64,000 bases of DNA, from NCBI RefSeq assembly GCF_009914755.1, contig NC_060945.1; one strand, written 5' to 3'. The stretch is from the human T2T-CHM13v2.0 reference genome, Homo sapiens. The notes under the pieces are model-generated. The model worked only from the letters and a program-made list of their open reading frames with translations, was not told where the DNA came from and made no database searches. The translations under genes were made by a program, and so were the position numbers. Below, in pieces: positions 42,394-54,939 of this stretch (position 1 is its first letter; every line of letters starts with the position of its first letter).

Positions 42394-45300
42394 CGTGTGA
42401 GTTTCCTGGGGCTGTCGTCACAAATTTCCACAAACCAGGGACGTAAAACAACACACATTTATTTTCACAATTCTGGAGGCCAGAAGTTCAAAATCAAGTT
42501 TTTGGCAGGGACGCATGCCCTCTGAAGGCTCCAGAGCAGGAGGCGTGTCAGGCTTCTGGTGTGGCTGGTGGCCTTCACACTCCTTGGGTTGTGGACACAT
42601 CTTTCCATTGTTGGCCTCCTTTTCCTATTGCCTTCTCCTCTATGCCTGTGTCTGAAATTGCCCTCCACCCTTCTCTTATAGGTGTTGGCCTCCTTTTCCT
42701 ATTGCTTTCTCCTCAATGCCTGTGTCTGAAATTGCCCTCCACCCTTCTCTTATAGGTGTTGGCCTCCTTTTCCTATTGCCTTCTCCTCTATGCCTGTGTC
42801 TGAAATTGCCCTCCACCCTTCTCTTATAGGTGTTGGCCTCCTTTTCCTATTGCCTTCTCCTCTATGCCTGTGTCTGAAATTGCCCTCCACCCTTCTCTTA
42901 TAGGTGTTGGCCTCCTTTTCCTATTGCTTTCTCCTCAATGCCTGTGTCTGAAATTGCCCTCCACCCTTCTCTTATAGGTGTTGGCCTCCTTTTCCTATTG
43001 CCTTCTCCTCTATGCCTGTGTCTGAAATTGCCCTCCACCCTTCTCTTATAGGTGTTGGCCTCCTTTTCCTATTGCTTTCTCCTCAATGCCTGTGTCTGAA
43101 ATTGCCCTCCACCCTTCTCTTATAGGTGTTGGCCTCCTTTTCCTATTGCCTTCTCCTCAATGCCTGTGTCTGAAATTGCCCTCCACCCTTCTCTTATAGG
43201 TGTTGGCCTCCTTTTCCTATTGCCTTCTCCTCAATGCCTGTGTCTGAAATTGCCCTCCACCCTTCTCTTATAGGTGTTGGCCTCCTTTTCCTATTGCTTT
43301 CTCCTCAATGCCTGTGTCTGAAATTGCCCTCCACCCTTCTCTTATAGGTGTTGGCCTCCTTTTCCTATTGCCTTCTCCTCTATGCCTGTGTCTGAAATTG
43401 CCCTCCACCCTTCTCTTATAGGTGTTGGCCTCCTTTTCCTATTGCCTTCTCCTCTATGCCTGTGTCTGAAATTGCCCTCCACCCTTCTCTTATAGGTGTT
43501 GGCCTCCTTTTCCTATTGCCTTCTCCTCTATGCCTGTGTCTGAAATTGCCCTCCACCCTTCTCTTATAGGTGTTGGCCTCCTTTTCCTATTGCCTTCTCC
43601 TCAATGCCTGTGTCTGAAATTGCCCTCCACCCTTCTCTTATAGGTGTTGGCCTCCTTTTCCTATTGCCTTCTCCTCAATGCCTGTGTCTGAAATTGCCCT
43701 CCACCCTTCTCTTATAGGTGTTGGCCTCCTTTTCCTATTGCCTGCTCCTCTATGCCTGTGTCTGAAATTGCCCTCCACCCTTCTCTTATAGGTGTTGGCC
43801 TCCTTTTCCTATTGCCTTCTCCTCTATGCCTGTGTCTGAAATTGCCCTCCACCCTTCTCTTATAGGTGTTGGCCTCCTTTTCCTATTGCCTTCTCCTCTA
43901 TGCCTGTGTCTGAAATTGCCCTCCACCCTTCTCTTATAGGTGTTGGCCTCCTTTTCCTATTGCTTTCTCCTCAATGCCTGTGTCTGAAATTGCCCTCCAC
44001 CCTTCTCTTATAGGTGTTGGCCTCCTTTTCCTATTGCCTTCTCCTCTATGCCTGTGTCTGAAATTGCCCTCCACCCTTCTCTTATAGGTGTTGGCCTCCT
44101 TTTCCTATTGCCTTCTCCTCAATGCCTGTGTCTGAAATTGCCCTCCACCCTTCTCTTATAGGTGTTGGCCTCCTTTTCCTATTGCCTTCTCCTCTATGCC
44201 TGTGTCTGAAATTGCCCTCCACCCTTCTCTTATAGGTGTTGGCCTCCTTTTCCTATTGCCTTCTCCTCTATGCCTGTGTCTGAAATTGCCCTCCACCCTT
44301 CTCTTATAGGTGTTGGCCTCCTTTTCCTATTGCCTTCTCCTCTATGCCTGTGTCTGAAATTGCCCTCCACCCTTCTCTTATAGGTGTTGGCCTCCTTTTC
44401 CTATTGCCTTCTCCTCTATGCCTGTGTCTGAAATTGCCCTCCACCCTTCTCTTATAGGTGTTGGCCTCCTTTTCCTATTGCCTGCTCCTCTATGCCTGTG
44501 TCTGAAATTGCCCTCCACCCTTCTCTTATAGGTGTTGGCCTCCTTTTCCTATTGCCTTCTCCTCTATGCCTGTGTCTGAAATTGCCCTCCACCCTTCTCT
44601 TATAGGTGTTGGCCTCCTTTTCCTATTGCCTTCTCCTCTATGCCTGTGTCTGAAATTGCCCTCCACCCTTCTCTTATAGGTGTTGGCCTCCTTTTCCTAT
44701 TGCTTTCTCCTCAATGCCTGTGTCTGAAATTGCCCTCCACCCTTCTCTTATAGGTGTTGGCCTCCTTTTCCTATTGCCTTCTCCTCTATGCCTGTGTCTG
44801 AAATTGCCCTCCACCCTTCTCTTATAGGTGTTGGCCTCCTTTTCCTATTGCCTTCTCCTCAATGCCTGTGTCTGAAATTGCCCTCCACCCTTCTCTTATA
44901 GGTGTTGGCCTCCTTTTCCTATTGCCTTCTCCTCTATGCCTGTGTCTGAAATTGCCCTCCACCCTTCTCTTATAGGTGTTGGCCTCCTTTTCCTATTGCC
45001 TTCTCCTCTATGCCTGTGTCTGAAATTGCCCTCCACCCTTCTCTTATAGGTGTTGGCCTCCTTTTCCTATTGCCTTCTCCTCTATGCCTGTGTCTGAAAT
45101 TGCCCTCCACCCTTCTCTTATAGGTGTTGGCCTCCTTTTCCTATTGCCTGCTCCTCAATGCCTGTGTCTGAAATTGCCCTCCACCCTTCTCTTATAGGTG
45201 TTGGCCTCCTTTTCCTATTGCCTGCTCCTCAATGCCTGTGTCTGAAATTGCCCTCCACCCTTCTCTTATAGGTGTTGGCCTCCTTTTCCTATTGCCTTCT

Positions 45301-46473
45301 CCTCAATGCCTGTGTCTAAAATTGCCCTCCACCCTTCTCTTATAGGTGTTGGCCTCCTTTTCCTATTGCCTTCTCCTCTATGCCTGTGTCTAAAATTGCC
45401 CTCCACCCTTCTCTTATAGGTGTTGGCCTCCTTTTCCTATTGCCTGCTCCTCAATGCCTGTGTCTGAAATTGCCCTCCACCCTTCTCTTATAGGTGTTGG
45501 CCTCCTTTTCCTATTGCCTTCTCCTCTATGCCTGTGTCTGAAATTGCCCTCCACCCTTCTCTTATAGGTGTTGGCCTCCTTTTCCTATTGCCTGCTCCTC
45601 AATGCCTGTGTCTGAAATTGCCCTCCACCCTTCTCTTATAGGTGTTGGCCTCCTTTTCCTATTGCCTGCTCCTCAATGCCTGTGTCTGAAATTGCCCTCC
45701 ACCCTTCTCTTATAGGTGTTGGCCTCCTTTTCCTATTGCCTGCTCCTCAATGCCTGTGTCTGAAATTGCCCTCCACCCTTCTCTTATAGGTGTTGGCCTC
45801 CTTTTCCTATTGCCTGCTCCTCAATGCCTGTGTCTGAAATTGCCCTCCACCCTTCTCTTATAGGTGTTGGCCTCCTTTTCCTATTGCCTGCTCCTCAATG
45901 CCTGTGTCTGAAATTGCCCTCCACCCTTCTCTTATAGGTGTTGGCCTCCTTTTCCTATTGCCTTCTCCTCAATGCCTGTGTCTAAAATTGCCCTCCACCC
46001 TTCTCTTATAGGTGTTGGCCTCCTTTTCCTATTGCCTTCTCCTCTATGCCTGTGTCTAAAATTGCCCTCCACCCTTCTCTTATAGGTGTTGGCCTCCTTT
46101 TCCTATTGCCTGCTCCTCTATGCCTGTGTCTGAAATTGCCCTCCACCCTTCTCTTATAGGTGTTGGCCTCCTTTTCCTATTGCCTTCTCCTCTATGCCTG
46201 TGTCTGAAATTGCCCTCCACCCTTCTCTTATAGGTGTTGGCCTCCTTTTCCTATTGCCTGCTCCTCAATGCCTGTGTCTGAAATTGCCCTCCACCCTCCT
46301 CTTATAGGGAAACGTATCACTGGATCTAGAGCCCACTTGGATAGTCCAGGATGACATTATCTCAAGATGTTTATCTTCATCACACCTGCAAAGACCCTTT
46401 CTCCAAATAAGGTCACACTCACAGGTCTCAAGTGGACATCTCTTGGGGGCTGCTCCCATCAAACCACAATACA
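42394..46473 (-). mobile_element. MLT1C/D LTR hosting the 74-bp minisatellite
   Basis: Left part: agtttcctggggctg...cacaattctggaggccagaagttcaaaatcaag...ctctgaaggctc. Right part: cactggatctagagcccac...ctgcaaagaccctttctccaaataaggtcacac. The LTR is colinear once 49 units are removed. Confidence 0.88.
42608..46307. repeat. Minisatellite (probable VNTR): 50 x 74 bp
   Basis: Unit gtgttggcctccttttcctattgccttctcctctatgcctgtgtctgaaattgccctccacccttctcttatag. 3700 bp = 50 x 74 with no indels and four recurrent variable positions. Confidence 0.99.
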
Positions 46474-47639
46474 CAACACAGAAAGGCCACTAAGTGTTGT
46501 AACTCAATTTTTGGGAGATATTTGTTAGAAAACCAAAGCCTTTGACAGCAGGAGTTTCACTCTGCATTGACCTGACCCATTTTCTTTCCCCCAAGATAAT
46601 GCTTTAAAGTTCCCTGCATGGTGGCTAGAGGGGGGCGCTCCCCATAGCTCTGAAATTCTCTGATTTTGCACATAAAAATTGGAATTTGAGGGTAAATCGT
46701 TGAATTAGGCAGTACTACTCAGGCACTTTTTCACTTAAGGAATGTTATAAGTAAAAATCCAAAAGAATTCCTCCAAAATAATGGCATTTGTGCTCTCTAA
46801 AGAGTTGATGGGGAAGATCTTTGTGGTCAGAAATGACTTCTCCCCATTCCTCAAACCACAGTGCGTGGACTCCCACTGCAGACTCATGGTGGCCCTGCCG
46901 TGGATTCAGGGCAGGAGTGCCCCTTCCTGGAGGAGCTGTCAGAGCGGACTGTGCTCACAAAAACACACTCCCCTGCTGAGGGGTCAGCAGTGAAGTGATG
47001 GGGAGGCCTGGGGCAGGGAGAGGGCAGCAGTGACTACAGGGCGAGATGGTATTGGGATAAATAGAAGAGGAAGAACCCCAGTATGGCGGAACAGAGGGAA
47101 TGGGCCCAACCAAGGTGGGGAATGGGCCCTCGCAAGGGCGAAAATAGAAGCTAAGATATAGATGGAGGCTCTGGAACAAAACACAGGGAAGAAGGCAAAC
47201 TTGCCCTTGTCAGTACTGCCGTTCAGAATTTTTCTATTAGTTGAAGTCAGTAAAGATGGTGGTCCAACTGGAAGTCATACTAGACTTCTGTGGTTCTATA
47301 ATTCTAACTAGGAATCTTCAATTAGAACCTGGACTTGGCAGAGGGAAGAGCCTGCAAAGATCCAGCACAATCTGAAATCAAGGCTCCTATTTATTTGTTT
47401 TCCTGTTTACTACCCCACCCCCTTATCAGAATGGAAGCTCCCTGTGGTCAGGGTACTTGCCTGTTACGTTCGTTGTTGGATCCCAGGTCCTATTCCCAAT
47501 GTTTGACATAGCAGGTGCTCAATAAATACATGATGTGAAGGAATGAATAGTGAGCACGAGGCTTCATTTATGCGTATTTTGTTCAAATTTAACTCTGAAT
47601 TTTTTGACTTTCACTCCCTGGTCTGGTCCTTCCCAGAGC

Positions 47640-47914
47640 TTTTTTATCTTTATTTTTATTTATTTATTTTTTTTTGACAGGGTCTCACTTTGTCACCCAG
47701 GCTGGAGTGCAGTGATGCAATCTCAGCTCACTGCAGTCTCGACCTCCTGCATTTGAGCAATCCTTCTGCCTTAGCCCCCCAAGTAGCTTGGACTATAGGT
47801 GTGCACCACCACGCCTGGCTAATATTTGTATTTTTTGTAGAGATGGTGTTTTGCCATGTTGCCCAGGCTGGTCTAGAACTCCTGAGCTCAAGTGATCCCC
47901 CAACCTCAGCCTCC
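47640..47914 (-). mobile_element. AluJ, 5'-truncated, TSD agagcttt
   Basis: T-rich tail followed by gacagggtctcactttgtcacccaggctggagtgcagtg; ends at ctcagcctcc. Confidence 0.93.
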
Positions 47915-47943
47915 TTAGAGCTTTAATTGCCTCCTGTTTACCC

Positions 47944-48412
47944 TGTTGGTGAGGGAGGGTTCTCTCCCTAGGATTTGGAATGTGGCTAAACACACAACAC
48001 CTGACAGTGGACAGATGCGATCGACAGCAGCCTATTCCTAACATATACCCACAGCCCAAGGGAGGAGGACACCATGCCACGCAGGCCATTTAAGGACAGA
48101 GTGAATAACCAGGGGCTGTGGGAGGCAGGCTTTGTAGTAACAAGAGACTGCAATGTCTCTCGGTTCCTGTGGGAGGATGCAACTGGCTTATTTGAGTAAT
48201 TCCACCGGCTGGCAGGGAATGAAACTCACTACTCAAGGATAAGCAGTATCTGCCTGGTCCCTTGATAAGGAGGGTTGCTTGGCTGGGGGACCTTCTCTGC
48301 AGGAGCAGACTGGGGAGGTGAGTTTGTGGTGATGCCATCTGAGGCCCTCCTGATTTTGACAGATGTAAGGAAACAAATAATACTTAGCTTTAATTTAAAC
48401 CTTAGACTATAC
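47944..48412 (-). mobile_element. MER74-like ERVL LTR
   Basis: ggacagatgcgatcgacagcag...cacagcccaagggaggaggacacc...gaataattccacc-like gagtaattccaccggctggcaggg. Confidence 0.65.
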
Positions 48413-48593
48413 AGAGTTACAAGAACAGGACACAGAGTCAGTGCTTATGAGGTCAAATAACCTACTAAGCTGTGTGTCTTGAAGTTATGTAGCCTCTCTC
48501 TGCCTTTCTCAACCTATTAATGAGGAATGATAATAACATTCACTTCATAAGCTGCTGTCCAAAATAAGTTGATGTGTAAAAGACACTTGTACC

Positions 48594-49110
<517 letters not shown>

Positions 49111-52100
49111 TGAATAGCCATCCACTCACGTCCACAGGGGTTATTCTATTCATAATACTATAGAAATAGCTTCCACTTACAGAATGCCTACTCTATGCTG
49201 GGTGCTGACCCAGGCACTGGCTCAGGGGGTCTAAGGCCCTGGGAGGGTGGAGGCTCCAGGGTGAGGGACGGGATGGGTCAGGGCAGGAAGGATGTTGTAG
49301 ACTGTGGTGAAGAATTTGGAACATGTGGTTGTCACCCTGGGGTCTGGAGTTATGAGATGGGAAAATAGTGTAGAAATTATTGAGACGGGGGCGTTTCAAA
49401 GTTCACGTGACCCCAAGAGATCTGGCCACTCCTTCCACTGGGAAACCTGCACATCCTTCTTCCCCTCTGCATGCACTGGCCTTGGATTGATGAGAGTGGC
49501 TGCTGTGGGTGTGTCCCTCAGGCTTGCTGGGACAGAGACAGTATGGAGGGCTGCTGCAATGGAGGGACGTGGAGACTCGGGAGAGTGTGAGCTGGGGAGG
49601 ATAGGTCAGGGTGTGGGTGGAGTGAACATTCAGGCTGCCCTGCAGAGGACAGACTGCAGCTGAGAAAGACCTGAGAGAGAGAGAGAGAGCAAGGATGGTG
49701 TGCCCATGTCTGGGAGAGACAGCATGAGCAGGGCAGCCAAGGAGAGGATGAGAAGGATTTGTGACCATGCAGCTCTCTTTCCAACCAAGGGCGTCATACC
49801 AGTGCAGACACCTTTTCTTCTCAATCTGGGAGAATTTCACTTCTGGTACTTGTAAAATAGGAGTTGCTCCTGCGAGTAATTTTTTGAAAACAAGGCGAAT
49901 AAAAATACATATTTTTGTACTGAAAGCCTTGGGAGATGGAAAGGATCTCAAATCTCAGATCCTGAGGAGAGAGGGTACAGAGGTATAGGTGAGAGGGGTT
50001 GGGGACAGGGGCTGCAGACTGAAAACATGGAGGGCTTGAGAAATGCCCATTCTGCAGTCTTCAAGGAAATATTCCAATGTATCTCCAATAGTCATGCCAT
50101 ATAGCCTCGCTGGGGCCACAGAGCCATTGTAGAGGTTAGCAACTCAATCCCGCAGTCAGAAAGTCCCGACAGGACATCAGATGCAGGGATGAACTGCGGT
50201 AAGCAGAGCTGCAGTCAAGCAAAATGAGGGTCAGAGCAGCTCACTGAGCCTGGGCAAGGTGGAGCGCTAGAGAATTCCCTGGCAAGCAAGGAAAATACAT
50301 GGAAATAAATCTCCCTGCAAACAGCATTGCTAATTAAAAATGTATCCATGCCATTGATGATGTGGAGTTTTGTTGCTTTATATTAGTGACTATAAATGTA
50401 TTTACATTGGCTTTCAAGCTTACTGCACTTTGAAAGTTCTTAAATTCCTCAACGTCAGATTCTACAATCAAATTCTATGACCCATGGGTCTAACCCTCCA
50501 GTAGCGGTGCAGGGAAATCTGTAGTATTTAAGGGTTTGGATCCCCAGAACTTAGTGATGTACTTGGTGGAGAGGGGGCTGGAGGTGGCTGGGGCAGGAGT
50601 CAGGACTGGGCACAGGGAGGCAGCTACATGAGTTGTGGGGGCAGGGGCTTACGGGGCTCCTGTGGGACAGGCATAGTCACGTGACTTGGAGCTGGAGGCA
50701 TGTAGTCAGCAGGTCGGGCTCTCCCAGCAAATCCTCTTAGGTCACAGATTCCACCCGGTTCATGTGTTAGACGTGCACTCACATGGGTGCCACCTTTCCT
50801 AGTGGGAAACAACCGAATAGCAATACGCTGATATCAGTATCATTTTCTTTTTTTTTTATCAGTATCATTTCCTTTTATTTGCCAAGAAAAGAGATCTCTG
50901 TGTTTTGGAATGAGACTGGGCCATTTTCTTGACCTGGGGAAGTCGGTTACCTTTACTTAGCTTCAATTCCTCATTTATTATGTGTGGAGAGTCACCTGTG
51001 ATGCAGATTAAATGTAAGGGAGTAACATGTACAGTCTCCTAGCACAGTGTCTGGGGCATAACAGACATTCCGCAGTAGTAATGATCGTCATCAGGATCAT
51101 ATAGCTGGTTCCTTTGAAATACCTCCGCATAAGCCATCTATAAGGTTCTTTCTGAAAAAATACTAGTTGATTTGAATGTGGATTAGGAAAAGGCCACTGG
51201 GTTTGGGGAAGGTGGAGATATGGCCACATTCTAAATTTTAATGGTATGCTCCTTTGAAAAAGGAGTTCCAGGCATGACTTCCTCCTTTGTGTTCATGTAT
51301 GATTGCTTGACGGTAAGACTAATGTCCCATACATTTTATTAGTCCACATATTGGCCATCAAGGATGGGGCAAGTCCTTCTTACTGGGTCCCAGGAGTGGC
51401 ATGCCTTGTGGTTAGCCTGTGTTCCTTCTCTGGTTGCCTCAGCCCCTTTTCTTTCTTCTTTCTCCTGACTTTTTCTGGGCAGGTTTCTCTGAGAACTAGG
51501 TAGAAAGATCACATTAGTCAGAGGAAAGATGAAAAGAAATTAGTGGTTACAGTCTTATAGCTCACTTGGGAAATCTGTGCCCGTTCTCCAGGGGTTTTCA
51601 GCTTTAATTTTTCTAATTCAATCATTTTACAGTCTGAACCCGCTGGCAGGCAGTGAATTTCTTTTAAGATTGCTGCAGCAGGGAGCTTCTATTGGCAGAA
51701 ATAATTTTTTAGTGCTATAAAAATCTTGGCGGAGTTTGAGAAACATCCTGGTGGTCCCAGCCCATCTCCTAGTGACCACTCCATTAAATCCAGGAAACAA
51801 ATCCTTCATCGACTGCTATCACAAAGTTGAAATTTATTATACAGTTCAGAAGTGTAACGATTCTGGGAAATCAAGAAGAAATGGAGATGAAATTCCCAGC
51901 TCCACAGCATAATTCTCTCAGTAAATGGACACAATCCTGCCTCTTATTTTGAGCTCAAAAGACAGACTTTGAAGATCTGAAAGTTTCTATTATTGATGCT
52001 ACTTAAAAGAAGTTGGCTCCAAAATCATCAAGTACTCTGTTTGTGGAATAAATGGAGTTTTAATGGCCTGTGGTGCCATATGAATATTCATGCTAATAGG

Positions 52101-54238
52101 TATTTTCCATTTAGGATATTAACCACATAGTAACCAAGAATTAATTCTAATGGCTGGCCGTTGTTATAGGCAACTAATTTATGTTGATTCTTGACTAGAA
52201 AAAGCAAATTGCCACATCCATTAAGGACATTAAGGGAAGCTATCTTTTTTCCTTCACCTGCACCAGCCCACAGGCAGACTCCCCCTACATCTGCTGAGCA
52301 TCCAAATGTCTTCTAAATGTGTTTACCAGTTTTATTTCAACCAGTAAGTGCCCTGTTTTCCATTTGCTGTTACTCAGTTAACAAGAAAGGAACCCAATAT
52401 GGAAAATTTAGATTAAGCATCAAGAGCTGAATACTTACAATCCATTTAACTAGGTCCTTTATATCAGAATGAGGCCTTGCAGAAGGCAAAAGAAATCTTG
52501 TTGGTCACTGTTTTGTGCAGATCAGAATGAGTGTCCCTGACCTCAAGTATTGTAGATGTCAAAGCTGACTGGGTGAGGAGGATAGCCTTTCTTTTTGCAC
52601 ACTTGGATAAGGCAAAAGTAAAGGAGTCTCAAGGAAGAAAATAATGAACCATTTATTTTCCAGTCTTTAACCAAGATCATAAGAAACTTGTTGTGATCAT
52701 AAGAAACCAGCCTTCCCTCAAAATCAACATGTTAGATGTCAAGTCTCTGCTTACAGAGCCCGGCTGAAAAGAATAATTTTTCTGAGAGTTATTCATTGAG
52801 GGTTCTCTGCTTATTTTCCCCTTTTCTAGCCAAGAGTTATGATCTTTAGTAAGACCACCTGGTGGCAGACCACCTACTACTACCAAACTCAAAAATATAC
52901 TTTAAGTACTCTAACAGAAAAATAAAAAGGAAAAAGAGAAAAGCAAAATTCTAGGAGTTTAATGGGAAACCAGAATATCTTTGGCATGAAAATATTGGAA
53001 ATATATTTTATATACTCTAGCACAGTAACTTCCCTCCAGCTCCTTTTCCTATGTAAAATTCAGCTATGATGTAGATCAGCCTCGAGATGCCTGGCCTGCA
53101 AATGCACAACTTTGGAATCAGTACGTGCAAATTTCTCCAAAATGCTCTCGTATTTTTCAAGAGAAGATCTTTTCATATAGAACAGATCATGATTAGGACA
53201 TAATTTGTCATATTTCGATTCTATGTCATGAATTTATCTTCTTTGTCATATTCCTGGGGTGTGCATAACCGTTGCTCACTGTTTTACTCTCATGGCCCTG
53301 CTTATGGTAGGTGATCAATAAATATTTATTAAATGTGTAAGTAAATAAATGAATATGATCTTTATGTAGACCACATGCTGTTGAGCATAAAATATTCAAC
53401 AGTAATGGCTTGATCTGCTGTTACTGGAGAAGGGAAGAGGATGATTTCTGATGGTGCAATGGAGGATCGCATCCATTTTCATCTTACATCCTAGCAGGAT
53501 CTCTTTTAACCACAGGGTGTTTAAAGGACCCTACTACCATCGCCACCAATGTCAGTGGACATAGGTTCCAATGATTTCAGAGCCCATTTCATTAGAGAGC
53601 TTTGTTTTCACACCTTTCCATGTTCGATAACATAGGCAGCCTGGATTTTGTGCAACAAAGAAAAGCATTTCATAGGATTCAGTTGACAAGAACTAGAACT
53701 TAAAGCATCATTCCTTCCCTTAATTAATAGATTTAAAAAAATGCATCTATGGGCTAGGGACTCTGTTTTGTGCTGGGGACTAAAACAGGATTAAGATAGG
53801 AGTCTAGTTCTCAAGGAGGGAAGGCCTGTCATTGCTCACTGTAGTTTGAGGTGTCATGACACAGGCGCACGGACTGCATTGGGGGAATTGATCCCCAAAC
53901 TGAGATTCAGATTCAGGGCCCAAATCACGCTGTACTTAGCTGCCATGTTTGTCATTATCAGCACCATGTCTCCCTCTGTGCCATTGCTAATGCAGTAGTT
54001 CTGCAAAGAACAACTAACCCTGGATTTTCTGCAAGTTTCAATTTGGTGCTTACCAGGATGGGTCAAGGGAAAATTTCTCATGGACTGTGGTACTCGTTTC
54101 TATCACTAAATGATGCTTAGCAAGTTTGCTGATGAAAACATCTAGCGGAAAGAAGCAGACGGTGGCATGGCTTTGGAAACTCCCTACATTCCCCACAAAA
54201 ACACCAGAGCACAAAACTAAAAACCCACATACACCAAC

Positions 54239-54816
54239 TGAGCCAGAGTAGGGACAGGTCTGAGCCCACCCCCACCTACATGTTTCTCCATACATGCCTG
54301 CTGACCATCGGACCTCCTGGCATCACCCCAGCTGGCTCATACCCGCTGACCAGACCTTGCAAGCTGTCTAAAAAAACTAAGCTAAGAAGCATTTCACCAT
54401 AAATTCCACTCAGGAGAGTTAAGTCTATTGCCCACATGTGCACAAGACCAGGAGAATGACCAATCCTTACTCTGAGCCTCATTGTAATACCTTCGCCCAG
54501 GGAGGGGCTTAGCTGCCATTTTCTAATCATGCAAAATATGTGTTAGCATGATTTCTTACTGCATCTGCACACCCTGCACTCCACCCTGCACGTGAAATGA
54601 CCCTCACCTACCTCGTGAGTTATGCATGTCACCCTTCTTAAGACACCGCAAGGCATTCCCCTGGGGTGCCAGCCAGAGGACCCTTCTTCCTGTGCTGTCT
54701 CCCAATGTATGCCCAATGTTTCAGGCAGAAGTCTTAATAAAGCTTGTCTAGGAAACTTGCTTGGCCTAGTGACAATTTCTGTTGCATGGGGGCCTAAGAA
54801 CTTGTGGTCAGTAACA
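54239..54816 (+). mobile_element. ERV1 solo LTR (MER66-like) with perfect 4-bp TSD CAAC
   Basis: tgagccagagtagggacagg...aataaagcttgtc...ggtcagtaaca; CAAC at 54235-54238 and 54817-54820. Confidence 0.8.
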
Positions 54817-54939
54817 CAACCACCATGAAACTTAGTGAGAGGAGCCCTGCAAATCCCATCATCTAAGGGAGCAGAATCCTGGATCACCAGATGCCATCAC
54901 CCCACCTCTTCTGCACCACATCCTCATCCCACCAAGTTT

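Noticed and set aside
42608-46307. Array as a CRISPR-like or coding repeat
   Set aside because: It has no unique spacers. The unit length is not a multiple of 3 and both strands carry stop codons, so every frame closes within a few units. The context is eukaryotic.
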